Below are positions 7,179-15,131 of a stretch of 32,542 bases of DNA, piece by piece. The stretch is from assembly GCA_018303575.1 (NCBI GenBank), contig JAGVXW010000026.1, forward strand, positions 1 through 32,542. The letters run 5' to 3'. Origin of the DNA: Candidatus Woesearchaeota archaeon (GTDB lineage Archaea > Nanobdellota > Nanobdellia > Woesearchaeales > WJIZ01). The translations under genes and the position numbers were made by a program. Below the pieces are notes generated by a model, which did not search any database, had not been told where the DNA came from, and saw nothing but the letters and a program-made list of their open reading frames with translations. Each line of letters starts with the position of its first letter. Within the stretch, counting starts at the first letter, position 1.

Positions 7179-7399
7179 ACGCGCTCCGGCGCATGCAGGC
7201 TTTCGAGAATCTGCTCCATGCGCTGGCTAATGGCCTCGCAGCGCTGATCCCACTCGTGCATCTTCGCGGCTTCATCAAGCGAAAGGGAATCGAGATGGGC
7301 CATCGTATCGCGGGCTTCCTCCACTCGCATCCTGAGAACGTCGATCAGGCCCTGCAGCTCGCCGGGCTGGTGGATCTTCACGAAGACAGGCATGGCCAT
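7175..7399 (-). CDS. Coiled-coil protein, paralog 2 (ORF opens at 7423; the likely start is MAMPVFVKI at 7399)
   Basis: The PVFVKI motif followed by heptad-like helices aligns with PLFVEI... of the upstream gene. The ATG at 7399 lies 2 nt after the upstream stop (7402..7404). Confidence 0.6.
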   Translation of the reverse strand: MAMPVFVKIHQPGELQGLIDVLRMRVEEARDTMAHLDSLSLDEAAKMHEWDQRCEAISQRMEQILESLHAPERV

Positions 7400-7401
7400 G
7401 G

Positions 7402-8028
7402 TTATTCCTGCACGAAGAGGCACTTCTCGAGATCCGCGAGCTTGGCCTCGACATCCTGGAGGCCCTTGTGCAGCTTGGCGAAGGTCTTCTCCTCGTCATC
7501 GATGTCAGAGACGAGCTCCTTGATCTCCTCGTCGGATTCCCTGAGCCCCTTCTTGATCATGTTCAATTCTTTTATGACGTCCCTATATTTTCCAATCTCC
7601 ACGAACAAGGGCTTGGAGGACATCATCCTCGGCAGGGGAGCGGGCGCCGGCATCTGAGGCGGAGTCCACTGCTGAGCGGGAGGAGTCCAGGGCTGTGAAG
7701 GCGGGGCCCAGCTTTCCTGCTTGGGCTCGAACATCTCCGCGAATGACTTGCGCGACAGCTCCTGCTTGGGTGGTTCCAAAGGCGGCAAATCAAGTGGAGG
7801 CAACTCTGGAGGAGAAGATTGCATGTCTTCGAAATGAGTGTCCATCCCGGAGTCCATAGGCGGAAACTGGTCAGACGTCTTTTCGAACTGGGTGCTCATG
7901 GGCGGATACGTGTCCTCCGCTCCCGGGCCTGGCTTCAGCGGGGACATGCCCTCCAAAGGCGGTGGCGGTGGAATGTCAAGCATCTCGTCCTGCTGCTGTT
8001 TTTTCTTGCCGAATCCGAAGAGTCCCAT
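7402..8028 (-). CDS. Pro/Trp-rich protein with an N-terminal amphipathic tag and a C-terminal coiled coil, paralog 1
   Basis: 208-aa ORF. It begins MGLFGFGKKK, continues with about 130 aa of low-complexity P-rich sequence (WAPPSQPWTPPAQQWTPPQMPAP), then PLFVEIGKYRDVIKELNMIKKGL...LQDVEAKLADLEK. Confidence 0.7.
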   Translation of the reverse strand: MGLFGFGKKKQQQDEMLDIPPPPPLEGMSPLKPGPGAEDTYPPMSTQFEKTSDQFPPMDSGMDTHFEDMQSSPPELPPLDLPPLEPPKQELSRKSFAEMFEPKQESWAPPSQPWTPPAQQWTPPQMPAPAPLPRMMSSKPLFVEIGKYRDVIKELNMIKKGLRESDEEIKELVSDIDDEEKTFAKLHKGLQDVEAKLADLEKCLFVQE

Positions 8029-8146
8029 AGTCTGCCCCCTTTTGCCTTCCTGCTCTGCTGAAGCTACTTAAACTTTTATGAGCATTCCTGAATAGTGAAT
8101 TTATGAAGCGCATATTTTCCGCCTTTCGCCGCCTTTCCGCCTCTTT

Positions 8147-8213
8147 TTTCCGGATTTGTTCGCTGTTTTCCGGAAACTTTCCGGATTTTTCGGGCTCACT
8201 GATAAGAAGAAGC
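8147..8213 (+). promoter_or_regulatory. 67-bp promoter/operator module, copy 2 (upstream of the lamin-tail surface protein gene)
   Basis: TTTCCGGATTT-N13-CGGAAACTTTCCGGA-N5-CGGGC-N6-ATAAGAAG. CCGG centres lie at 8150, 8170 and 8181. The block order and spacing are the same as in 6210..6276 on the opposite strand. Confidence 0.55.
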
Positions 8214-8223
8214 ATAGCATGGG

Positions 8224-9894
8224 ATGGGCATGCGATGGATGCTGATGTTCCTGCTGCTGGTGCCATGCGTTCAGGGAGCTGTGATCAGCGAGATCATGTA
8301 CAACCCGGCCGGCAACGAGTTCGATTTCGAATATTTTGAGCTCTATGGCCGGGGAAACATTGGAAACTGGAGCATTGAAGGCGCTGAGATCACTTTTCCG
8401 CCGAACACGACGATTGACGGCTACCTGATTGTCGCCAGAACTCCCTCTTCTCCCGGGGAGGACAATGATTTCTTTGACAGGTACGGCATCAACACGAGTT
8501 ATGCGTTCAAGGGAAGCCTGTCGAATCAAGGAGAGACGCTCATTCTCCGCGACGAGAAAGGCGGCATCCAGGACATTGTTGTTTATGGCGATTGGGCTCC
8601 TGAGAACGCATCATTGGAGCGCGGGGAATTGCAAGGATATGGAGTGGGAGCTGAGGCCTGGGAGGCTTCCCTTCCGGGAGGGAGTCCGGGAAGGGCGCTG
8701 AGAAACTCAACGTGCGACTGGGCGTTAGAACTGGTGATGGCGGAACGGGCGGGGGCTAATTTATCCTGGCAGTGGAGGGCAGTCAATCTCAAGAGCGGAA
8801 TGGCGGAGCTTTCTCTCCTGCATGGCATTATCGGCATCGACGGGGCTGAAGTGAGGACCTATTCTTCCCTGGAAGAAGAAGCGTCCGCGAGATTCACATC
8901 TTCCGCCTATTCCCCTTCCCTTGAATCTGGCGGATATTATCTTTGGGCGAACCTGAGCGTGGCATGCGATGAGAACTTGGCGGATAACGCGGTTTCCGAG
9001 CTTATTTTTATCCCCGAGCCACCGGAAGATCCTGAAAGCGACCTCAGCATCGTCTCGGCTCCGGAGCGCATCGTGAATTCGGGAAGCGTCATCATCGAGG
9101 CGGATCGCGGAAACAGTTCGGATGACACCCTCAAAGCGTGGATCGAATCTGACGGCAAGAAAATCACTACAGAAGCAAGGCTGTGGCTGGCTCCGTTCTC
9201 TCATGGAAAAGTGACGATTCCCCTGACGCCGAAGGACTGCGTCGAAGGAGGGGGCGAAATCATTGCCGAGGGTTTCGGGCTGCGAGAAACACGGGCTGTG
9301 ACGCTGGACTGCAAAAAGACGAGCGCTGCGAAATCAGAAGAGCCTTCTGAACAAAAGAGTCAAGAGACGGAACCTTCTGGCAGCTTCTCCTTCAACGTCA
9401 GCGAAGTGCCTGAAGAAGCGGAGATAGGAAAGCCGTTCACGGTGCGCGTCGATCTCCTGAACGGGGGAAATCCGCTTGAGGTTTCTGTCTCAGCCTTTGT
9501 CTACCGCGGGAGCAAGCATTACAGCGAGGAGAAGAATATCAGCTTCACATTGCAATCGGCCAGGACGCTGTTCTTGCCAATTATTGTAGAAGGCGCAGAA
9601 GCGGGCGCTTACCGGCTGAAGGTGAGACTCTGGAAAGAAGGAAGGAAAACGCCGGACGAGCAGGCCTTTGATCTCGCGCTTCTTGCTCCTGAAAAAAAGA
9701 ATTTGGCTGTTGAAAAGAAAAATGAGAAAGAGAAAATTTCACAGGCCGCTGCCCAAGCGCTTCCCCTTACAGGGGCGGCTCCTGCGGTTGACTCCTACGA
9801 CACGGAAAAGCGCCCGGGGCTGAAGACGGGGCTGATTATTGGCGCTGCGGCCTTGGCTGGATTGGCGCTGCTGTTCAGGAAGGTGAAAATGTAG
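8224..9894 (+). CDS. Secreted lamin-tail-domain (LTD) surface protein with a C-terminal membrane anchor
   Basis: 556-aa ORF. A signal peptide MLMFLLLVPCVQGA is followed by ISEIMYNPAGNEFDFEYFELYG...GETLILRDEKGGIQDIVVYG, the LTD pattern. There are many NxS/T sequons. The C-terminus PGLKTGLIIGAAALAGLALLFRKVKM is a TM segment plus basic tail, loosely PGF-CTERM-like. An alternative leaderless start lies at 8230. Confidence 0.75.
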   Translation: MGMRWMLMFLLLVPCVQGAVISEIMYNPAGNEFDFEYFELYGRGNIGNWSIEGAEITFPPNTTIDGYLIVARTPSSPGEDNDFFDRYGINTSYAFKGSLSNQGETLILRDEKGGIQDIVVYGDWAPENASLERGELQGYGVGAEAWEASLPGGSPGRALRNSTCDWALELVMAERAGANLSWQWRAVNLKSGMAELSLLHGIIGIDGAEVRTYSSLEEEASARFTSSAYSPSLESGGYYLWANLSVACDENLADNAVSELIFIPEPPEDPESDLSIVSAPERIVNSGSVIIEADRGNSSDDTLKAWIESDGKKITTEARLWLAPFSHGKVTIPLTPKDCVEGGGEIIAEGFGLRETRAVTLDCKKTSAAKSEEPSEQKSQETEPSGSFSFNVSEVPEEAEIGKPFTVRVDLLNGGNPLEVSVSAFVYRGSKHYSEEKNISFTLQSARTLFLPIIVEGAEAGAYRLKVRLWKEGRKTPDEQAFDLALLAPEKKNLAVEKKNEKEKISQAAAQALPLTGAAPAVDSYDTEKRPGLKTGLIIGAAALAGLALLFRKVKM

Positions 9895-10092
9895 GTAAAT
9901 TATATAATGGGCCGGGTCTATCGTCGGCAAGATTGAGGCAGCAGACGGCCATTTTCTGCGAAAATGCCCTACGAGGCACCTCGAAGGGGCCATCCCCCGC
10001 CTCGCCTGCGCAACTAAACCCTGACAACTGCTGGGAATGCTGTCTACCGTTTAGGTGAAAACTATATAAAGAGGCGGGGGCTTTGGCGAAGC

Positions 10093-10653
10093 ATGGAAGA
10101 GCCCATCCGCATCCGCGCCATCCTCGAGGTGGTGGGGAAGCCGAAGGAGTTTGTCGAAAGCAAGCTCGCCGAGTACATCGAGCACATCAAGAACGACCAG
10201 AATCTGACTGTCCTGAATGAGCGGGTCGAAAGCGCCGCGGAGAAAGACGGGGTGTGGAGCACCTTCGGCGAGATCGAGCTCATCATCAAGGGGCTGACAA
10301 ACCTTGTCGGGTTCTGCATCGACTATATGCCTTCCTCGGTGGACCTCATCAAGCCGGAGAAGTTCGCTTTCGACGCCAGATATTTCAACCAGTTCGTCAA
10401 TGACATGCTGACGAAGCTCCACAGCATAGATATGCTCGTGAAGCAGGCGAACAGCGAGAACGCCATGCTCAGGAAAAACCTTGGCGCGCTCATCAAGAAT
10501 CATCTGCTCGTGATGCTCCAGTTCGGCATCTCTGATCCGGACAAGCTGTCCAAGAGCACCGGGCTGGCTACGGAAGAAGTGAAGCGCTTCCTGAACGCTT
10601 TGGTCAAGGAGAAGCGCGTAAAGCTCGAGGAAGGATCCTACTCGCTAGCATGA
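10093..10653 (+). CDS. Hypothetical protein with a C-terminal winged-helix-like segment, translationally coupled to scpB
   Basis: 186-aa ORF. TATA-like CTATATAAAG lies about 30 nt upstream. Its stop overlaps the scpB start (ATGA). The C-terminal LSKSTGLATEEVKRFLNALVKEKRVKLEEGSY looks like a wHTH. No family recognised. Confidence 0.55.
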   Translation: MEEPIRIRAILEVVGKPKEFVESKLAEYIEHIKNDQNLTVLNERVESAAEKDGVWSTFGEIELIIKGLTNLVGFCIDYMPSSVDLIKPEKFAFDARYFNQFVNDMLTKLHSIDMLVKQANSENAMLRKNLGALIKNHLLVMLQFGISDPDKLSKSTGLATEEVKRFLNALVKEKRVKLEEGSYSLA

Positions 10654-11558
10654 GAGACCTGAAGAAACAGCTCGAGGCCGTCCTCTTCTCTGTAGCCCGG
10701 TATATCTCGACTGATGAGTTGGCGCAGCTTGTCCGCAAGGATCCGCAGCAGGTGAAGGAGGCTTTGCTGTCCCTGATGGTGGATTTGGAAAACGATCCTG
10801 AGACCAGTCTTATTCTGTTGAATGAAAGCGACCAGTGGAAGCTCACCATCCGGCAAGAATACACGCATCTCGTGAGAGCGGTCGTGACCGAAACCGAGCT
10901 GTCCAAGTCTATTTTGGAGACGCTGGCGGTGATCGCATTCAAGTACCCGATTAAGCAGGCGGATCTCATCAAGATCCGGACGAACAAAGCGTACGATCAT
11001 CTGATGGAGCTGGAGAAGCAAGGATTTATCATTAGACAGCGCTATGGACGGAGCCGGCTGATCAAGCTGACGGACAAGTTCTTCGAATACTTTGATTTGC
11101 CACGGGAGAAGCTGAAAGAAAGGTTCAAGGGCTTCGAATCTCTCGCTAAGACGATCGAGGGCAAGGAGGTAGATTTAGAGAAAGCCCGGGAACAGCAGCA
11201 GGCGATGGCTGAACAGGCGCGCGCGGAAAGCGAGAAGGAGCGGAAAGTGATTGATGGTGAGGTTGATCTCTTTGACAAGGAAGGGAAGCCGCACAAATTG
11301 GATACTTACGAGGAGAAAATAACTGAAATCACGGAGGAAAAGGAGAATCTCGGACAGCTGGAAGTCGTGGATGAGGATTTGGAACCGACAAACGTCCCAT
11401 TAGAAGAGGGGGAGAAAGAACAGGAAACTCCCGCTGAACAGCCGCAAGCTGCGGAGCCGCCTCACCTGAAGAGCATCGACGAGGTGCTCGGCATCCCGAA
11501 GAAAGAAGAGAAGAAAAAAGAGGAGCAAGATGAGAATCCTTCTGGTCCGGTGCAATAA
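10650..11558 (+). CDS. scpB: Segregation and condensation protein B (ScpB) with a long acidic/lysine-rich C-terminal tail
   Basis: LEAVLFSVARYISTDELAQL... and LSKSILETLAVIAFKYPIKQADLIKIRTNKAYDHLMELEKQGFI...GRSRLIKLTDKFFEYFDL match the two ScpB winged-helix domains. About 150 aa of low-complexity tail follows. Confidence 0.85.
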   Translation: MRDLKKQLEAVLFSVARYISTDELAQLVRKDPQQVKEALLSLMVDLENDPETSLILLNESDQWKLTIRQEYTHLVRAVVTETELSKSILETLAVIAFKYPIKQADLIKIRTNKAYDHLMELEKQGFIIRQRYGRSRLIKLTDKFFEYFDLPREKLKERFKGFESLAKTIEGKEVDLEKAREQQQAMAEQARAESEKERKVIDGEVDLFDKEGKPHKLDTYEEKITEITEEKENLGQLEVVDEDLEPTNVPLEEGEKEQETPAEQPQAAEPPHLKSIDEVLGIPKKEEKKKEEQDENPSGPVQ

Positions 11559-11670
11559 GTGCGGAAAGGCGCAGAAGTATCAGGCGAAATCGCTCATTCT
11601 GGGGGATAAAAGAAAAGAGTGCGTCTATTGCGGGAAGAGCTTTTTGGTGAGGGAGAATATTATTCAGTAA
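11530..11670 (+). CDS. Small zinc-ribbon protein (46 aa), below the ORF-track length cutoff
   Basis: My translation is MRILLVRCNKCGKAQKYQAKSLILGDKRKECVYCGKSFLVRENIIQ*. It has two CxxC pairs about 20 residues apart. Its start overlaps the 3' end of scpB by 29 nt. Confidence 0.5.
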   Translation: MRILLVRCNKCGKAQKYQAKSLILGDKRKECVYCGKSFLVRENIIQ

Positions 11671-11784
11671 CTCTTTATGATGATCCACTGCTGGAGAATC
11701 CACGTGAGCAGTGCAAAAGTGAAAAAGAGAGCGCAGACATCCTGGACAGGCCTGCTAGAAAGATACCGCTGCCAGTTCATACGC

Positions 11785-12000
11785 TCATTCCCCGCGCAAA
11801 ACCGCACGCAGCTTGCTTTCAACAAATGAATCCAAGTTTTTCTCCTTTCGACGCGCAAGGACATATGCCGCAATCAGCGCAACGACCGCGCCGATTCCTA
11901 CTGCAAGAGCAGGAGCAACGATTGCGGTTGTGGCACCGGCAAATGCGCCAAGACCTTCAGTATATTGTCTAACTGTAGATTCTGATTTATGGTTTGCCAT
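11785..12000 (-). CDS. Small membrane protein (single TM)
   Basis: 71-aa ORF with a hydrophobic core GAFAGATTAIVAPALAVGIGAVVALIAAYVL followed by RRKEK. On the minus strand, upstream, there is a TATA-like GATTTAAATATCC and a GAGGAT Shine-Dalgarno-like motif. Confidence 0.45.
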   Translation of the reverse strand: MANHKSESTVRQYTEGLGAFAGATTAIVAPALAVGIGAVVALIAAYVLARRKEKNLDSFVESKLRAVLRGE

Positions 12001-12197
12001 TGGGGATCCTCTATGGAAGCTAATTTGTAGGGATATTTAAATCTTTCTATCTGTAATCACTTATGAGTAGTGTATTCTTGGAGGAAGCAGATTTGCGATT
12101 CCTGAAAATTATGGTGTTTTAGGCGCTCTTCGCCTCGTTTTTCACCGAAACCCTTATAAATTTCCGGGCACTTTTTCCTGCATCGAGAGGAAAACAT

Positions 12198-15125
12198 ATG
12201 ACTGACACAGCAGCGCAGGATCGCACCAAATCTCGCGAAATCGAGGAAGAAATGCGAGAGAGCTACCTCAATTATGCGATGTCTGTTATCGTTGGAAGGG
12301 CGCTGCCGGACGTGCGCGACGGCCTCAAACCAGTCCATAGGAGAATCCTCTACGCTATGAGCGAAATGGGGATGACACATAACAAACCGTTTAAGAAAAG
12401 CGCGAGAGTGGTTGGAACAGTTCTTGGCCAATACCACCCACATGGAGACACCGCTGTCTATGATGCCTTGGTGCGACTGGCCCAGGACTTTTCTCTGCGG
12501 TATCCTCTTATTCAAGGGCAGGGAAATTTCGGATGCTTCACTGGAGACATCAAAGTGCGGCTTGCGGACGGAAGGTCCCTTTCCTTCAAAGAGCTCATTC
12601 GAGAACATCTTCAAGGAAAGAAAAATTTTGCCTATACGATCAATGATGAAGGCAGAATAGAGATGGGCGAGATCCTGCACCCAAGGTTGACGAAGAGACA
12701 ACAGAGAATTTTGAAGATTCTTCTCGACAATGGAAAAGAAATTCGATGTACTCTTGACCATAAGTTCATGCTAAGGGATGGAACATACAAGGAGGCTCAG
12801 TATCTTACGCCGAATGATTCGCTCATGCCGCTCAATTTCAGACTTTCGACTGAAAAAAAAGAATCTGAACCGCTCATTATTGACTACGACCCAATTCCCT
12901 TAGCTGAAGTCTACAACCACAAGATCATTCAATTAAACTTCCTCGACAAAAGGGAAGATGTCTACGACCTCACGATTGCAGGAACCCATAATTTTGCACT
13001 CGCCGCAGGAATCTTCGTGCACAACTCTATAGATGGAGACAGTCCAGCGGCAATGAGATATACAGAATGTAGACTCCAGAAGATGGCCGAAGACTTGCTC
13101 GACGGCATCAACGAGGAGACTGTTGACTTCGTCGACAATTTCGACGGCAGCCTGAAGGAACCGGCTGTTCTGCCCTCGAAGATCCCGAACCTGCTCGTGA
13201 ACGGCAGCGCGGGCATCGCCGTCGGCATGGCGACGAGCATCCCGCCGCACAATCTGTCGGAGGTGGCTGACGCGATCGTCACGATGATCGACACTCCTGC
13301 CATCGACACCGCGGGGCTGCTGTCGCACATCCAGGGGCCCGACTTCCCCACCGGGGGCATCATCTGCGGGCGCAACGGCATCGTGAACGCGTACAGCACC
13401 GGCAGAGGCCGCATCATTGTGAGGGCGAAATATTCCGTCGAGCAACGGAAAGGGCGGCCTGCGCTCATCTTCACCGAGATTCCTTATCTTGTCAACAAGG
13501 CCGAGACCGTGGCGCAGATTGCGGATCTGGTTAGGGACAAGAAGATCATCGGAGTCTCTGATTTGCGGGATGAGTCTGACCGGGAAGGACTGCGCGTCGT
13601 CATCGAGCTGAAGCAGGACGCCAATCCTGAAGTTGTGGCGAACCAGCTGTTCCAGCATTCCCGGATGCAAGTGACGTTCAGCGTCATCTTGCTGGCGCTT
13701 GCCGGCAATCGTCCGCGGGTGCTCACGCTCCGGGAGCTGGTGGAGCAGCATCTCCTGCATCAAAAGGAAGTTGTGACGCGGAAAACGCGGTTTGAGCTCC
13801 GGAAATCAGAGGAGCGGGCGCACATCCTCGTGGGCATCATCACGGCGCTCAATGACGTCGACCGGGCTGTCAAGCTGATCAAGGAGAGCAAGGCGGTGCA
13901 GGACGCGCGGCTTGCGCTTATTTCTGCTTTTTCGCTCACTGAGATCCAGGCGAACGCCATTCTGGACTTGAAACTGCAGAAGCTCGCGACGCTGGAGCAG
14001 AAGAGCATCCGGGACGAGCACGCTTCGCTGGTGCGGAGGATTGCTGAGCTGAAAGGCATCCTCGCCGACGAGAAGAAAGTCTATGCCATCATCCGGGCTG
14101 AGACGCTGGAGATGAAGAAAGCGTACGGCGATGCCCGCAGGACTGAGATCTCCGGACAGGAGATGATGGAGCTGAACTATGAAGACTTGGTTGAGGAGCA
14201 GGACCAGGTTGTGACGATCACCGCGCGGGGCTACATCAAGCGCCAGCCTATCGACGCCTATCGGCAGCAGAAGAGGGGCGGCATCGGCATGGTAGCGGCG
14301 AACACGAAGGAGGAGGATGTCATCACCGACATCTTCATCGCGAACACGCATTCCTCCATCCTGTTCTTCACTGATAAAGGCAACGTGCACTGGCTCAAGT
14401 GCTATCTGATTCCCGAAGGAAGCAGGCAGGCGGCTGGGAAGGCCATTGTCAACCTGGTGCAGCTCGAGCATGGGGAGCACATCACGGCGCACATCCCTGT
14501 GAAGGAGTTCAGGGAAGGGCTTTACTTATCACTTGTGACGAAACAGGGCATCATTAAGAAAACGGCCTTGTCCGCGTTCGCCAACCCGCGCAAGGGCGGG
14601 ATCATCGCGATCAACCTGAACGACGAGGACAGGCTCATCGACGTGGTGCTGACGGACGGAACGAAACAGCTCTTGATTGCCACCAAGGATGGCATGGCGG
14701 TGAAATTCCACGAGGAGGATGCCCGGCCTGTCGGGCGGAACAGCATCGGGGTCAGGGGCATCCGGCTGCAGGGCAAGGATGAGGTCATCGGGGTTTGTAT
14801 CGCCGATGACAGCAAGACGCTTTTGACGCTGACTGAAAACGGCTATGGGAAGCGGAGCCCGGTCTCAGATTATCGCCTGATCAACCGCGGCGGCTCGGGA
14901 GTGATCAACATCATCACCAATGAGCGCAACGGCGGGGTAGTGGCTGTCATGCCTGTGGATGGGACCGAGCAGATTATGACGATCACGGGGCAGGGCATCG
15001 CGGCGCGCATGCCTGTCGACGGCATTTCTGTCATCGGAAGGAACACCCAGGGGGTGCGCATCATGAAGCTGCGCGAGGACGACAAGGTGGTGAGTGCCAC
15101 GAAGATCATCAGGGACGAGGCATAA
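12198..15125 (+). CDS. gyrA: DNA gyrase subunit A, interrupted in frame by a mini-intein
   Basis: 975-aa ORF with GRALPDVRDGLKPVHRRILYAM, YHPHGD, GQGNFG...SIDGDSPAAMRYTECRL and C-terminal beta-pinwheel repeats. The ORF is 164 aa longer than the exteins alone. Confidence 0.95.
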   Translation: MTDTAAQDRTKSREIEEEMRESYLNYAMSVIVGRALPDVRDGLKPVHRRILYAMSEMGMTHNKPFKKSARVVGTVLGQYHPHGDTAVYDALVRLAQDFSLRYPLIQGQGNFGCFTGDIKVRLADGRSLSFKELIREHLQGKKNFAYTINDEGRIEMGEILHPRLTKRQQRILKILLDNGKEIRCTLDHKFMLRDGTYKEAQYLTPNDSLMPLNFRLSTEKKESEPLIIDYDPIPLAEVYNHKIIQLNFLDKREDVYDLTIAGTHNFALAAGIFVHNSIDGDSPAAMRYTECRLQKMAEDLLDGINEETVDFVDNFDGSLKEPAVLPSKIPNLLVNGSAGIAVGMATSIPPHNLSEVADAIVTMIDTPAIDTAGLLSHIQGPDFPTGGIICGRNGIVNAYSTGRGRIIVRAKYSVEQRKGRPALIFTEIPYLVNKAETVAQIADLVRDKKIIGVSDLRDESDREGLRVVIELKQDANPEVVANQLFQHSRMQVTFSVILLALAGNRPRVLTLRELVEQHLLHQKEVVTRKTRFELRKSEERAHILVGIITALNDVDRAVKLIKESKAVQDARLALISAFSLTEIQANAILDLKLQKLATLEQKSIRDEHASLVRRIAELKGILADEKKVYAIIRAETLEMKKAYGDARRTEISGQEMMELNYEDLVEEQDQVVTITARGYIKRQPIDAYRQQKRGGIGMVAANTKEEDVITDIFIANTHSSILFFTDKGNVHWLKCYLIPEGSRQAAGKAIVNLVQLEHGEHITAHIPVKEFREGLYLSLVTKQGIIKKTALSAFANPRKGGIIAINLNDEDRLIDVVLTDGTKQLLIATKDGMAVKFHEEDARPVGRNSIGVRGIRLQGKDEVIGVCIADDSKTLLTLTENGYGKRSPVSDYRLINRGGSGVINIITNERNGGVVAVMPVDGTEQIMTITGQGIAARMPVDGISVIGRNTQGVRIMKLREDDKVVSATKIIRDEA
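12534..13025 (+). mobile_element. 164-aa mini-intein in GyrA (no homing-endonuclease domain)
   Basis: It starts CFTGDIKVRLADG (Cys1), has TLDH (block B), VYDLTIAGTHNF (block F) and ends IFVHN, followed by Ser+1. Removing it joins GQGNFG to SIDGD, restoring the conserved GyrA sequence. Confidence 0.85.
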
Positions 15126-15131
15126 GATTCG

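Noticed and set aside
6658-7657. Alternative ORFs overlapping the coiled-coil trio (6658..7092 minus, 6817..7230 plus, 7193..7657 plus)
   Set aside because: The chosen minus-strand frames are mutually paralogous, heptad-patterned and translationally coupled. The alternatives are low-complexity.
11677-11683. ATGATGA resembling a C box of a C/D-box sRNA (also TGATGA near 6743)
   Set aside because: There is no CTGA D box at the expected 50-70 nt distance on the same strand and no terminal stem. It is probably a chance occurrence.
12057-14492. Minus-strand ORFs inside gyrA (12057..12761, 12933..13763, 13806..14492 and shorter ones)
   Set aside because: All are antisense to gyrA, which has continuous strong family similarity on the plus strand.
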